From an uncultured Alphaproteobacteria bacterium (GTDB lineage Bacteria; Pseudomonadota; Alphaproteobacteria; Rhizobiales; Xanthobacteraceae): a DNA stretch of 64,000 nucleotides. Every line of letters begins with the position of its first letter. The first letter of the stretch is position 1. The position numbers and the translations under genes were made by a program. The DNA is taken from positions 65,371-129,370 of the forward strand of contig CAVYWI010000026.1 of assembly GCA_963772235.1 (NCBI GenBank), in the 5' to 3' direction. Shown here piece after piece: positions 11,409 through 21,956 of this stretch. The notes beneath the pieces were generated by a model. The model was not told the DNA's origin. It worked only from the letters and a program-made list of their open reading frames with translations, and searched no databases.

Positions 11409-11600
11409 TCAAGACGGTCCGCCGTTTTTCCGGTCGACGTGGCGGTAGACGCCTTCGGCTTCCAGGCGAACCATTTCGAGGAGGTAGCTAAGCGTGTCGA
11501 GACCGGTCCGCGGCGCCATTAGGGCGAGATCGGCCGACAGGGTCGCCACATAATTGGCAACCTCCGTTTGATTGCCGAATTCGCTTGCTTGGTTGGCCAT
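11409..11600 (-). CDS. Small hypothetical protein
   Basis: MANQASEF…LSADLALMA…GLDTLSYLLEMVRLEAE; AT-rich divergent promoter region shared with topA. Confidence 0.6.
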   Translation of the reverse strand: MANQASEFGNQTEVANYVATLSADLALMAPRTGLDTLSYLLEMVRLEAEGVYRHVDRKNGGPS

Positions 11601-11887
11601 AAAATCTGTCCCGGGCGCGGTTTTGTCGTCGCGCGAGTACCTCAATGGCGAAAATACACAGTCTGCCTCCGAATAGCAGTCTAAAATTGCTTTTTAAGTA
11701 AAATACATCTATTGGTTGTAATTGGACATGAGCCCGGTCTCTTTGATGCCCGAATTGGCTGTTCATAAAGGTTTTCCGGGCACCCTTATTTGACAGCAAG
11801 GAGTGCCTTCCCCATGTTCCGGCCAATGCAAGCGGCCAATTCCGCTCGGGACCTTGACGGTTCTAGCCGATAACCCTTTGGATTTTC

Positions 11888-14602
11888 ATGAAAGTTGTCG
11901 TTGTCGAGTCGCCATCTAAGGCGAAGACGATCAATAAGTACCTGGGGCCCGGTTACGAGGTCCTGGCGTCCTTTGGCCATATCCGTGACCTGCCGGCCAA
12001 GGACGGATCGGTCGATCCGGACAATAATTTCAAGATGCTCTGGGAGGTCGACCCCCAGTCGCAGAAGCGCGTCAACGACATCGCCCATGCCCTGAAGAAA
12101 GCCGATACCCTCATTCTGGCGACCGACCCCGACCGCGAAGGCGAAGCGATCTCCTGGCACGTCCTGGAGGCCCTCAACGAAAAGAAGGCTCTGAAGGGCC
12201 AGGCGGTCGAGCGCGTCGTCTTCAATGCGATCACCAAACAGTCGGTGACCGAGGCGATGAAGCATCCGCGCGCCATCGACAGCGCGCTGGTTGACGCCTA
12301 TCTGGCGCGGCGTGCGCTCGACTATCTGGTCGGCTTCACGCTCTCACCGGTGCTCTGGCGCAAGCTGCCGGGCGCGCGCTCGGCCGGCCGCGTGCAATCG
12401 GTGGCGCTGCGGCTCGTTTGCGACCGCGAGCTGGAAATCGAGAAGTTCGTCGCCAAGGAATATTGGTCGATCGTCGCCAAGCTGGCGACACCGCGCGGCG
12501 AGAGTTTCGAAGCCCGCCTGGTCGGCGCCGACGGACAGAAACTTCAGCGTTTGGATATCGGCACCAGCGTCCAGGCCGCTGACCTGAAGAATGCGCTTGA
12601 GAGCGCGACCTTCACCGTCGCCGCGGTGGAAGCCAAGCCCGCGCGGCGCAATCCGCCGCCGCCCTTCACCACCTCGACCATGCAGCAAGAGGCGAGCCGC
12701 AAGCTCGGCTTTGCGCCGGCCATCGCCATGCGCCTGGCGCAGCGTCTCTACGAAGGCGTCGAAATCGACGGCGAGACCACCGGCCTCATCACCTATATGC
12801 GCACCGACGGCATCGACCTCGCACCGGAGGCGATTACCGACATCCGCGCCATGATCGGCAAGAATTACGGCAAGGAATACGTGCCGGGTTCGCCGCGCAT
12901 CTACCACAACAAGTCGAAAAACGCGCAGGAGGCGCACGAAGCGGTGCGCCCGACCGACCCCCATCGCACACCCGATCAAGTCGCCAAATATGTCGACCGC
13001 GATCAGGCCCGTTTGTACGAGCTGATCTGGAATCGCGCAGTCGCCAGCCAGATGGAATCCGCGGAACTCGAACGCACTACTGTTGATATCGCCGCCAAAT
13101 CGGGCAGCCGCACCATCGACCTGCGCGCCAGCGGCCAAGTGGTGAAGTTCGACGGCTTCCTCACGCTCTATCAGGAAGGTCAGGACGAGACGCCGGACGA
13201 CGAAGAGTCGCGCCGCCTGCCGGCGATGGCGGAAAACGAGAAGCTGGCGAAAGAGGCGATCGACGCCGCGCAGCACTTCACCGAGCCGCCGCCGCGCTTT
13301 TCCGAAGCGGCGCTGGTCAAGCGCATGGAAGAACTTGGCATCGGCCGGCCCTCGACCTACGCCTCGATCCTGCAGGTGCTGCAAGACCGCGGCTACGTGC
13401 GCATCGACAAGAAGCGGCTCATCCCCGAAGACAAAGGCCGCGTCGTGGTCGGCTTCCTGGAGAGCTTTTTCCAGCGCTATGTCGAATACGATTTCACCGC
13501 CTCGCTCGAAGAGCAACTCGACCGCGTTTCCAACAACGAGATCAATTGGAAGAAGGTCCTTGAGGACTTCTGGACAGGCTTCATCGCCGCAGTCAACGAC
13601 ATCAAGGAACTGCGCATCACCCAGGTGCTCGACGCGCTCAACGATCTGCTCGAGCCGCATATCTTCCCGGCGCGCGCCGACGGCGGCCCGGTGCGGCAAT
13701 GCCCGCAATGCGGCAACGGTCAGTTGTCGCTCAAGGTGGGGCGCTTCGGCGCCTTCATCGGCTGCTCGAATTATCCGGAATGCACCTTCACCCGGCAGAT
13801 GACGCCGGGCGCCAACGGCGTTCAGACCACCAAAGTGCTCGGTGTCGACCCGGTCACCGGTCTCGACGTGACCATTCGCGGCGGACGCTTCGGCACCTAT
13901 CTGCAACTGGGCGAGCAAGCGAAGGCCGAAAAGCCCAAGAAGGGCGAAAAGGCCGAGAAGCCGCCGAAGCCGAAGCGCGCCAGCCTACCCAAAGGCGTTG
14001 CGCCCGAGGATATCGATCTCGACAAGGCGCTGGCGCTGCTGTCGCTGCCGCGCGAAGTGGGCAAGTCACCGGAAGACGGCGAGCCGATCTTGGCCGGCGT
14101 TGGCCGCTTCGGACCTTACGTCAAGCACGGCAAGGTCTATGCGAGCCTCGAGCAAGGCGATGACGTGCTCACCGTCGGCCTTAACCGCGCCATGCACCTG
14201 ATCGCCGACAAGATCGCCAATCCGAAAAAGGGCGGCCGCCGCTTCGGCGCCGATCCGGGCAAGGCGCTGGGCGACCATCCCGACAAGGGGGGCCCAATCG
14301 TCGTGAAGAATGGCCGCTTCGGGCCCTATGTCAGCCACAACGGCGTCAATGCGACGCTGACCGGCGACAAGACGCCCGATACCGTCACGCTCGACGAAGC
14401 GGTGGTTCTGCTCGATGCCCGCGCGGCCATGATGGGCAATTCGCCGAAGGGCCGCCGCGCTGCCGGCCGCAAAACCGCTTCTGGCAAAGTCGCGGCCTCG
14501 CCCGCCACCAAGCCGAAGAAGCCGGCTGCGGCTAAGCCAAAGAAGGCGGCTTCGGTTGCTGCCCGCGCCAAGCCGGCGCGCCGCGTCAAGGCTGCCGAAT
14601 AG
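11888..14602 (+). CDS. topA: DNA topoisomerase I
   Basis: VVVESPSKAKTI, LATDPDREGEAI, SAGRVQS, ITYMRTD, zinc ribbon, Lys-rich tail. Confidence 0.98.
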   Translation: MKVVVVESPSKAKTINKYLGPGYEVLASFGHIRDLPAKDGSVDPDNNFKMLWEVDPQSQKRVNDIAHALKKADTLILATDPDREGEAISWHVLEALNEKKALKGQAVERVVFNAITKQSVTEAMKHPRAIDSALVDAYLARRALDYLVGFTLSPVLWRKLPGARSAGRVQSVALRLVCDRELEIEKFVAKEYWSIVAKLATPRGESFEARLVGADGQKLQRLDIGTSVQAADLKNALESATFTVAAVEAKPARRNPPPPFTTSTMQQEASRKLGFAPAIAMRLAQRLYEGVEIDGETTGLITYMRTDGIDLAPEAITDIRAMIGKNYGKEYVPGSPRIYHNKSKNAQEAHEAVRPTDPHRTPDQVAKYVDRDQARLYELIWNRAVASQMESAELERTTVDIAAKSGSRTIDLRASGQVVKFDGFLTLYQEGQDETPDDEESRRLPAMAENEKLAKEAIDAAQHFTEPPPRFSEAALVKRMEELGIGRPSTYASILQVLQDRGYVRIDKKRLIPEDKGRVVVGFLESFFQRYVEYDFTASLEEQLDRVSNNEINWKKVLEDFWTGFIAAVNDIKELRITQVLDALNDLLEPHIFPARADGGPVRQCPQCGNGQLSLKVGRFGAFIGCSNYPECTFTRQMTPGANGVQTTKVLGVDPVTGLDVTIRGGRFGTYLQLGEQAKAEKPKKGEKAEKPPKPKRASLPKGVAPEDIDLDKALALLSLPREVGKSPEDGEPILAGVGRFGPYVKHGKVYASLEQGDDVLTVGLNRAMHLIADKIANPKKGGRRFGADPGKALGDHPDKGGPIVVKNGRFGPYVSHNGVNATLTGDKTPDTVTLDEAVVLLDARAAMMGNSPKGRRAAGRKTASGKVAASPATKPKKPAAAKPKKAASVAARAKPARRVKAAE

Positions 14603-14669
14603 CTAGCGAAGCCCGCTTTCGATCATTACATTCACTTGTCAGCGCCTTTTTGGCGCAGGAAATTCTATT

Positions 14670-16934
14670 TTGAACAAACAGACCAAACGAACACCTTCCC
14701 TTCCCTCCAAGGCTGAAATCCTCGCCTTCATTGCCGATCACAAGGGCAAAGTCGGCACCCGCGAAATCGCCCGCGCCTTCGGACTCAAGAACGCCATGCG
14801 CGCCGAACTCAAGCGCATGCTGCGCGATCTGGCCGATGACGGCACGGTCGAGAAGCGCCGCAAGAAGCTGCATCACGCCGGCACCCTGCCCTCGACCGTG
14901 CTTGCCGACGTCGCCGCCCGCGACAGCGACGGCGACCTCATCGCCACGCCCGACGAATGGGACGAAGAGGCGCATGGCGCCGCGCCGAAGATCCGCATCC
15001 ACACCCCGCGCAAGGCGCGCCCCGGCGAAGCCGCCGGCATCGGCGACCGCGTGCTGCTGCACATCGAGGAAACCGAGGAAGACAACGGCATCCGCCACCG
15101 CGGCCGCGTCATCAAGATTATCGATCACCCCAAGCACAGGGTGCTGGGGATTTTCCGCAAAACCGCCCATGGCGGCGGCAGGCTCGAGCCGGTCGACAAG
15201 AAGATGCTCGGCAAGGAACTCAGCATTCCGGCGAGCGGCACCGCCGACGCGCAGGACGGCGACCTGGTCGCGGTTGAGACCAGCCGCGCGCCGCGCCTGG
15301 GGCTGCCGACCGGACGCGTGGTGGAGCGGCTCGGATCGCTGGCGAGCGAGCGCGCGGTCAGCCTGATCGCCATCCATGCCCATTCGATCCCGCATGTGTT
15401 CCGTAACGACACTCACGCCGAGGCGGAAGCCGCCCGACCGGCGACGCTCGCGCATCGAGAGGATTGGCGGCACGTACCGTTGATCACCATCGATCCGCCC
15501 GACGCCAAGGATCACGACGATGCCGTGCATGCCGAGCATGACACCGCGGCCAACAATCACGGCGGCTTCATCGTCAGCGTCGCCATCGCCGACGTCGCCC
15601 ATTACGTGACGCCTGGCTCTGCGCTCGATCGCGAAGCGCTGGTGCGCGGTAACTCGGTCTATTTCCCCGACCGCGTGGTGCCGATGCTGCCGGAGCGCAT
15701 CTCCAACGATCTGTGCTCGCTGCGCCCGCGCGAGGACCGCGCCGCGATCGCCGTGCGCATGGTAATCGGCGCTGACGGCCGCAAGCGCTCGCACACGTTC
15801 CACCGCATTATGATGCGCTCGGCCGCCAAGCTCTCCTACCAGCAGGCGCAATTCGCCATCAGCGGACGCACCGACGAAGACACCGAGGCGCTGGTTCAGC
15901 CGGTGCTCGCCCCGCTCTACGCGGCTTACGAAACGCTGACGCGCGCGCGCATCGAACGCGGGCCGCTCGATCTGGATTTGCCGGAACGCAAAATCCTGCT
16001 CAAGGGCGACGGCACCGTCGACCGCGTGACGACGCCGGAGCGGCTGGAGGCGCACCGGCTGATCGAGGAATTCATGATCCTCGCCAACGTCGCCGCCGCC
16101 GAGACGCTGGAAAAGGCACGCGTGCCGCTGATCTATCGTGTGCATGACGAGCCCGGCATGGAAAAGGTCAACGCGCTGCGCGAGTTCCTTGCTACCCTCG
16201 ACATCCCGTTCGCCAAAGGCGGCGTACTGCGGGCGGACAGCTTCAACCGGGTACTCGTCCAGGCCAAGGGCCGCGACGCCGAGCAGCTCATCAACGACGT
16301 GGTCTTGCGCACGCAGGCGCAGGCCGAATACGCGGCGGAAAATTACGGCCATTTCGGCCTGAACCTGCGCCGCTACGCGCACTTCACCTCGCCGATCCGC
16401 CGCTATGCCGATCTGATCGTGCATCGCGGCCTGATCCGCGCGCTCAAACTCGGCGGCGATGGCCTGCCCGAGGCGACGGACAACAAGGCGCTGGCCGAAA
16501 TCGCCGCGCAGATTTCCGCGACCGAGCGGCGCGCCATGCTGGCCGAACGCGAAACCAACGACCGGCTGATCGCGCATTTCCTGTCCGACCGCGTCGGCGC
16601 CACCTTCGACGGCCGCGTCTCCGGCGTGCACCGCGCCGGCCTGTTCGTGAAGCTGAGCGAGACCGGCGCCGACGGCTTCGTGCCGGCGCGCACCATCGGC
16701 AACGAATATTTCCGCCACGACGAGGCCGGCCATGCCATGGTCGGCTCGCGTTCCGGCGAGACCTATCGCCTCGGCGACCGCGTCACCGTCAAGCTGGTGG
16801 AAGCTGCCCCCGTTGCCGGCGCGCTGCGCTTTGAGCTTCTATCGGAAGGGCGGTCCGGACGGCCGAGCCGTCCCCCGCGCCATGAATGGCGCCAGCACTA
16901 CCGCCCGCGCGGCAAGCAACGGAAGGCACGATGA
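14670..16934 (+). CDS. rnr: Ribonuclease R
   Basis: TIDPPDAKDHDDAV, HFTSPIRRYADL, S1 domain. Confidence 0.96.
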   Translation: MNKQTKRTPSLPSKAEILAFIADHKGKVGTREIARAFGLKNAMRAELKRMLRDLADDGTVEKRRKKLHHAGTLPSTVLADVAARDSDGDLIATPDEWDEEAHGAAPKIRIHTPRKARPGEAAGIGDRVLLHIEETEEDNGIRHRGRVIKIIDHPKHRVLGIFRKTAHGGGRLEPVDKKMLGKELSIPASGTADAQDGDLVAVETSRAPRLGLPTGRVVERLGSLASERAVSLIAIHAHSIPHVFRNDTHAEAEAARPATLAHREDWRHVPLITIDPPDAKDHDDAVHAEHDTAANNHGGFIVSVAIADVAHYVTPGSALDREALVRGNSVYFPDRVVPMLPERISNDLCSLRPREDRAAIAVRMVIGADGRKRSHTFHRIMMRSAAKLSYQQAQFAISGRTDEDTEALVQPVLAPLYAAYETLTRARIERGPLDLDLPERKILLKGDGTVDRVTTPERLEAHRLIEEFMILANVAAAETLEKARVPLIYRVHDEPGMEKVNALREFLATLDIPFAKGGVLRADSFNRVLVQAKGRDAEQLINDVVLRTQAQAEYAAENYGHFGLNLRRYAHFTSPIRRYADLIVHRGLIRALKLGGDGLPEATDNKALAEIAAQISATERRAMLAERETNDRLIAHFLSDRVGATFDGRVSGVHRAGLFVKLSETGADGFVPARTIGNEYFRHDEAGHAMVGSRSGETYRLGDRVTVKLVEAAPVAGALRFELLSEGRSGRPSRPPRHEWRQHYRPRGKQRKAR

Positions 16935-17677
16935 CGCGAGATCTCGGAAAAGTCTGGGCCGAACGCATGACCAAGGCGGAGCGCGATCAGACGTTCCCCG
17001 ACAGCGAGCCACGCGACGCAGCGACAGTGATGCTGATCGACCGTTCCGGGCTAAAGCCGAAGGTGCTGCTCGGCCGCCGCCACGCAGACCACAAATTCAT
17101 GCCGGGCAAGTTCGTCTTCCCGGGTGGGCGAATCGAGCCGCTCGACGCCAAGATGTCGGCGGTCAGCGAACTCGATCCCGCCATGGAAAAGAAGCTCAAC
17201 GCGCGCGTCGCCAATCCGAGCCGCGAATTTGCCCGCGCGCTGGCGCTCACCGCGGTGCGCGAAACGGCGGAGGAAACCGGCCTGCTGCTCGGCGTCAAAC
17301 GCGATGAGCCGCCGGCGACGCCGGGCGAGATCTGGGCGGAGTTCGCCAAGGCACGCGTGCATCCGGACCTCGGCAATGTCCACCTCATTGCCCGCGCCAT
17401 CACGCCGCCGCGGCGGCCGCGCCGCTTCGACGCGCGTTTCTTCACCGCCGACGCTTCCAATATCGCGCACAAGATCGACGGCGTGGTGGGACCGGGTTCC
17501 GAGTTGGTCGAACTCATCTGGGTGCCGATCGAGGAAGCCACCCATTTCGATATGCCGACCATCACCGGAGTGGTGCTGGAAGAGCTGGCGAACCGGGTCG
17601 CGGCCGGCATGGGGCACGACCTGCCGGTGCCATTTTATTTCATGATCGAGAAGCAATTCTTCCGGGAACTGTTATAA
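16931..17677 (+). CDS. NUDIX hydrolase
   Basis: FVFPGG…AVRETAEETGL Nudix box, RRFDARFF; ATGA overlap with rnr. Confidence 0.88.
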   Translation: MTRDLGKVWAERMTKAERDQTFPDSEPRDAATVMLIDRSGLKPKVLLGRRHADHKFMPGKFVFPGGRIEPLDAKMSAVSELDPAMEKKLNARVANPSREFARALALTAVRETAEETGLLLGVKRDEPPATPGEIWAEFAKARVHPDLGNVHLIARAITPPRRPRRFDARFFTADASNIAHKIDGVVGPGSELVELIWVPIEEATHFDMPTITGVVLEELANRVAAGMGHDLPVPFYFMIEKQFFRELL

Positions 17678-17699
17678 ATCCTGCAAAATCGTGGCTTTC

Positions 17700-17727
17700 T
17701 TGACATTTGCCGAACCGACGCTAGGGT
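17700..17727 (+). promoter_or_regulatory. Sigma70-type promoter of rpmG
   Basis: TTGACA-N16-TAGGGT, ending 53 nt upstream of the rpmG ATG. Confidence 0.55.
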
Positions 17728-17780
17728 CCGCCGCCAAAGGCTAACACCGCCGCCGCCATTCAAGTTTCGAGGATAGTCCC

Positions 17781-17948
17781 ATGGCCAAAGCCATCAGTCT
17801 CAAGATCAAGCTCGTCTCCAGCGCCGGGACCGGCCACTATTACGTGACCCGCAAGAATTCGCGCACACAGACCGACAAGCTGGCGAAGAAGAAATACGAC
17901 CCGATCGCCAAGAAGCACGTCGAGTACAAGGAATCCAAGATCAAGTAG
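17781..17948 (+). CDS. rpmG: 50S ribosomal protein L33
   Basis: Manual translation [55 protein letters not shown]. Confidence 0.97.
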   Translation: MAKAISLKIKLVSSAGTGHYYVTRKNSRTQTDKLAKKKYDPIAKKHVEYKESKIK

Positions 17949-17975
17949 TCTTGGGCTATTCGCCGAATTCCGCCG

Positions 17976-17998
17976 GGGCGCGCGCTTGCGCGCCCTTT
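17976..17998 (+). terminator. Putative terminator after rpmG
   Basis: GGGCGCGC-gctt-GCGCGCCC-TTT. Confidence 0.55.
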
Positions 17999-18073
17999 GC
18001 ATTTGGCGCTGGAATATTCGGCCGCTCGCGGACCTGATACAGTCGAGACCGACTTGCCCGGAGAGACTCAATC

Positions 18074-18514
18074 ATGACCGTGTTTCGCGCCCTGTTCGCC
18101 GCCTTCCTGCTGCTGCCCCTCGCCTTCGCCCCAGCGAATGCGATGGAAAAGCACAGGCTCGCGCTGCAGATCAGCGATGCCAGCCCCGAGAAGATGAACG
18201 CCGTGCTCAACGTCGCCGCCAATGTGTCGAAGTATTATTCCGACAAGGGCGACGAGGTGGAGATCGAGATCGTCGCCTTCAATGCCGGCCTCAACATGCT
18301 GCGCGCGGACAAGTCGCCGGTGCTCGAGCGGCTGAAATCCTTCAAGCAGGGTATGCCCAACGTGGCCTTCATGGCTTGTCAGGTCACGATCGACTCTGTG
18401 ACGCGCCATGAGGGCAAGGAACCGCCGCTCGTCGACAATGCCGGCCGCGTGCCGTCCGGCGTCGTCACCCTGATTGAGTTGGCCGAGAAAGGTTGGACGA
18501 TCGTGCGGCCGTAG
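18074..18514 (+). CDS. Periplasmic DsrE/DsrF-like protein
   Basis: Signal peptide; EIEIVAFNAGLNML, FMAC, VPSGVVTLIELAEKGW. Confidence 0.8.
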   Translation: MTVFRALFAAFLLLPLAFAPANAMEKHRLALQISDASPEKMNAVLNVAANVSKYYSDKGDEVEIEIVAFNAGLNMLRADKSPVLERLKSFKQGMPNVAFMACQVTIDSVTRHEGKEPPLVDNAGRVPSGVVTLIELAEKGWTIVRP

Positions 18515-18518
18515 CCGC

Positions 18519-19892
18519 TCAGGCGGCGTCCGGCACAACCCGGTTACGGCCGTCGCGCTTGGCGCGATAGAGCGCCGTATCGGCGCGCTTGAGGATCGCC
18601 GCCGCATTGTCGCCCGCGCCGGCGAGCGCAGCGATACCGATCGAAATCGTCACGTCGAGATTGCGCGCGCCCTGCTGGATCGCGAACGGCTCGGTGGCGA
18701 TGCGCCGGCGCAACCGCTCCGCCACCATGGTCGCGACCGCCATGTCGGTTTCCGGCATGACGATGACGAATTCCTCGCCGCCGTAGCGGCAGGCAAGATC
18801 GATGTTGCGAATCGATTTGCGGATGCGCAGCGCGAACTCGCGCAGCACGTCGTCGCCGGCGTCGTGGCCGTGCGTGTCGTTGACCGCCTTGAAATAATCG
18901 ATATCGACCACCAGCACCGCGATCGGCTTGCCGCGCGAGGCCGCCTGCTCGACCAGCGCCCCCAGGTGCAATTCCATGTAGCGGCGATTGAACAGCCCGG
19001 TGAGCGCGTCGGTGATCGCCAATTCGATCGACATCTGCACGTTGTCGCGCAGCCGCTCGGTGTAGCGCTTCTTCTTGATCTGCGTGCGCACGCGCGCCAG
19101 CATCTCGTTCTTGTCGATCGGGCGCAGCAGATAGTCGTTGACGCCGATCTCAAGCCCGCGCACCAGGCGCGTATTGTTGTCGGGCTCGGCGACGGCCAGG
19201 ATCGGCACGCTGCGCGTACGTTCGAGCGAGCGCACCTGGCTGCACAGCCGCAGCCCGTCGAAATCCTTGAGACCAAGCGAGACGATCAGCAGGTCGTAAT
19301 TGCCTTCGGCGGCGTGAAACAGCGCCTCGCTCGGATTGCTTTCGACGTCCACCGTGTGTTCGGCCGACAGCGTCGCGACAATGCGCTCATAGGAGTTCTT
19401 GCGGTCGTCGACGATCAAAATGCGGCCGTTGCGGCCGGTTTCGGCCACCGCCTCCCGTTCCGGGCTTTCAATGCCGATTTCCTTTGTGGTGAGCGCGCGG
19501 AGGCGCAGCTCGTCGGTCACCATCTTCAGGCGCGCCAATGAGCGCACGCGCGAGATCAGCGCCACGTCGCTGACCGGCTTGGTGAGGAAATCGTCGGCGC
19601 CGGCTTCCAGACCGCGCACGCGGTCGGACGGCTGATCGAGCGCCGTCACCATGACCACCGGGATATGATGGGTCAGCGGATTGGATTTGAGGTTGCGGCA
19701 GACCTCGAAGCCGTCCATGTCCGGCATCATCACGTCGAGCAGGACGATGTCGCATTCGGCGCGTTCGCACAGCGCCAACGCCTCCGGCCCGCTTTGCGCG
19801 GTCATCACGTCGAAATACTCGGCCGACAGCCGCGCTTCCAGGAGCTTTACATTGGCCGGGACGTCGTCGACGACGAGAACGCGGGCAGTCAT
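18519..19892 (-). CDS. pleD: PleD family response regulator / diguanylate cyclase
   Basis: Two REC domains and a GGEEF domain; downstream of divK. Confidence 0.96.
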   Translation of the reverse strand: MTARVLVVDDVPANVKLLEARLSAEYFDVMTAQSGPEALALCERAECDIVLLDVMMPDMDGFEVCRNLKSNPLTHHIPVVMVTALDQPSDRVRGLEAGADDFLTKPVSDVALISRVRSLARLKMVTDELRLRALTTKEIGIESPEREAVAETGRNGRILIVDDRKNSYERIVATLSAEHTVDVESNPSEALFHAAEGNYDLLIVSLGLKDFDGLRLCSQVRSLERTRSVPILAVAEPDNNTRLVRGLEIGVNDYLLRPIDKNEMLARVRTQIKKKRYTERLRDNVQMSIELAITDALTGLFNRRYMELHLGALVEQAASRGKPIAVLVVDIDYFKAVNDTHGHDAGDDVLREFALRIRKSIRNIDLACRYGGEEFVIVMPETDMAVATMVAERLRRRIATEPFAIQQGARNLDVTISIGIAALAGAGDNAAAILKRADTALYRAKRDGRNRVVPDAA

Positions 19893-19902
19893 CGCGGTAT
19901 CC

Positions 19903-20274
19903 TCACGCCGGCCCGAGGAAATGACGAATAGTCTCGATGAATTTGCCGACCGAGATCGGTTTCGACAAATAGGCCTCGCAGCCGCCCTCGCGAATGCGCT
20001 CCTCGTCGCCCTTCATAGCGAAGGCGGTAACCGCCACCACGGGAATCGCCTTGAGATCGGGATCGTCCTTGAGCCATTTGGTCACTTCGAGGCCGGACAC
20101 TTCCGGCAGCTGGATGTCCATCAGAATCAGGTCGGGCCGGTACTTGCGCGCCAGATCGAGCGCCTCGATGCCGTTGCGGGTGCCGACGGTCTGGTAGCCA
20201 TGCGCTTCCAGTAGGTCATGGAAGAGCTTCATATTCAGCTCGTTGTCCTCCACGATCAGGACGGTCTTCGGCAT
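19903..20274 (-). CDS. divK: Single-domain response regulator DivK
   Basis: [22 protein letters not shown]…[22 protein letters not shown]. Confidence 0.96.
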   Translation of the reverse strand: MPKTVLIVEDNELNMKLFHDLLEAHGYQTVGTRNGIEALDLARKYRPDLILMDIQLPEVSGLEVTKWLKDDPDLKAIPVVAVTAFAMKGDEERIREGGCEAYLSKPISVGKFIETIRHFLGPA

Positions 20275-20401
20275 CTTCCCCGCCCCATTTGTCCCCAATG
20301 CATCCCCATTTCGGGCCTGCCCGGCGTCGCCAGATCGCGCGCGCTCGGGCATTATCATGTCACGGTAGTGCCGATATATTACGGAAAGGCAAATTTGCGC
20401 G

Positions 20402-20698
20402 ATGAAACCGGGTTCTTCGTTAACCGAAGAAGCGGCGGAAGGGCTGGCAATTCAGGCGCTTACCTTCATTGCCGGGGACGGCGAGCGGCTCGGCCGCTTT
20501 CTCGCCACGACCGGCATCGGCCCTGCCCAGATTCGCGCCGCTGCTCAGGAGCCGGGCTTCCTGGTCGGCGTCCTGGACTATCTGGCCGGCGATGAGGGCC
20601 TGCTGGCGGCATTTGCCGCCGAGACCGGGAACGACCCCGCCCACGTCGGCAAGGCGCTGGCGGCGCTGGGCGGACACTGGGAGCGCGAAATCCCGTGA
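20402..20698 (+). CDS. DUF3572 family protein
   Basis: [23 protein letters not shown]; usual position between divK and dinB. Confidence 0.85.
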   Translation: MKPGSSLTEEAAEGLAIQALTFIAGDGERLGRFLATTGIGPAQIRAAAQEPGFLVGVLDYLAGDEGLLAAFAAETGNDPAHVGKALAALGGHWEREIP

Positions 20699-21956
20699 GC
20701 TTCTGTCGCGATTGCTTGGCCGATGCGCCGAACAAGTCCCCGAATTTGGCGACGCGCTGTCCGGCCTGCGGGTCGCCGCGGCTTGCGCGCCATGCCGAGC
20801 TCGAACACCTGACCATCGGTCATGTCGACTGCGACGCGTTCTACGCCACGATCGAAAAGCGCGACGATCCCTCGCTCGCCGACAAGCCGGTGATCGTCGG
20901 CGGGGGAAAACGCGGCGTGGTCGCGGCCGCCTGCTACGTCGCGCGCACCTACGGCATCCGTTCGGCCATGCCGATGTTCGAGGCGCTGGCGCCGCTGCCC
21001 CGACGCCGTCGTGATCAAGCCGAACATGTCGAAATACGTCGCAGGCCGGCCGCGCCGTGCGCAAGGCCATGTTCGCGCTGACGCCGCTGGTCGAGCCGCT
21101 GTCGATCGACGAGGCCTTCCTCGATCTCACCGGCACCGAGCGGCTGCACGGCATGAGCGCCGCCAAGGTGCTGGCGCGCTTCGCGCGCGACGTCGAACGC
21201 GACCTCGGCATTACGGTATCGATCGGCCTGTCGGCCAACAAATTCCTCGCCAAGATCGCCTCCGACATGGACAAGCCGCGCGGCTTCGCCGTGCTCGGCC
21301 AGGCGGACGCGGCCGCGTTCCTCGCGGCAAAGCCGGTCGGCTTCATCTACGGCGTCGGCCACGTGAGCGCGGCCAAGCTCGCCGCCGACGGCTATCGCCT
21401 GATCGCCGATCTGCAACGCGCCGACCAGCACGACCTCATGCGCCGCTACGGCGAAGAAGGTTCACGGCTCTGGCATCTGGCGCGCGGGCTCGACACGCGC
21501 AGCGTCGATCCGGAGCGCGAGACCAAGAGCGTTTCGGCGGAGACGACGTTCAATCACGACATCGGCGAATTCCGCCCGCTTGAGCAGACGCTCTGGGAGT
21601 TGACGGAGAAAGTCTCAGGCCGACTGAAAGCGCAGCAGCTCGCCGGCTCGACCGTGACGCTCAAGCTCAAGAGCGCCGACTTCAAGATCCGCACGCGGGC
21701 GCGCTCGCTCGGCGCGGCGACGCAGTTGGCCGCGCGCATCTTTGCCGCTGGGCGCGATTTGCTCGAGAATGAAGTGGGCACGACGCGGTACCGCCTGATC
21801 GGCATCGGCGTCAGTCATCTGCAGGAGGCCGCGGGCGACGATCTCGCCGATCTCCTCGACCGGCGCACGGCCGAGGCCGAGCACGCGGTGGACCGCCTGC
21901 GCGCGAAATTCGGCAAGGACGCGGTGGTGCGTGGTTTAGCGTTGGAGGACGACTAG
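20695..21956 (+). CDS. dinB: DNA polymerase IV (frameshifts near 21000-21050)
   Basis: N-terminal CxxC/Cxx[37 protein letters not shown]. Confidence 0.93.

Noticed and set aside
12344-16733. Long antisense ORFs (12344-13918 and 14586-16733; likewise 30516-32177, 36675-38183 and others)
   Set aside because: Shadow ORFs expected opposite GC3-rich genes; no motifs or RBS support
20695-20790. Zinc-ribbon extension on DinB
   Set aside because: A known feature of alphaproteobacterial DNA polymerase IV, not novel
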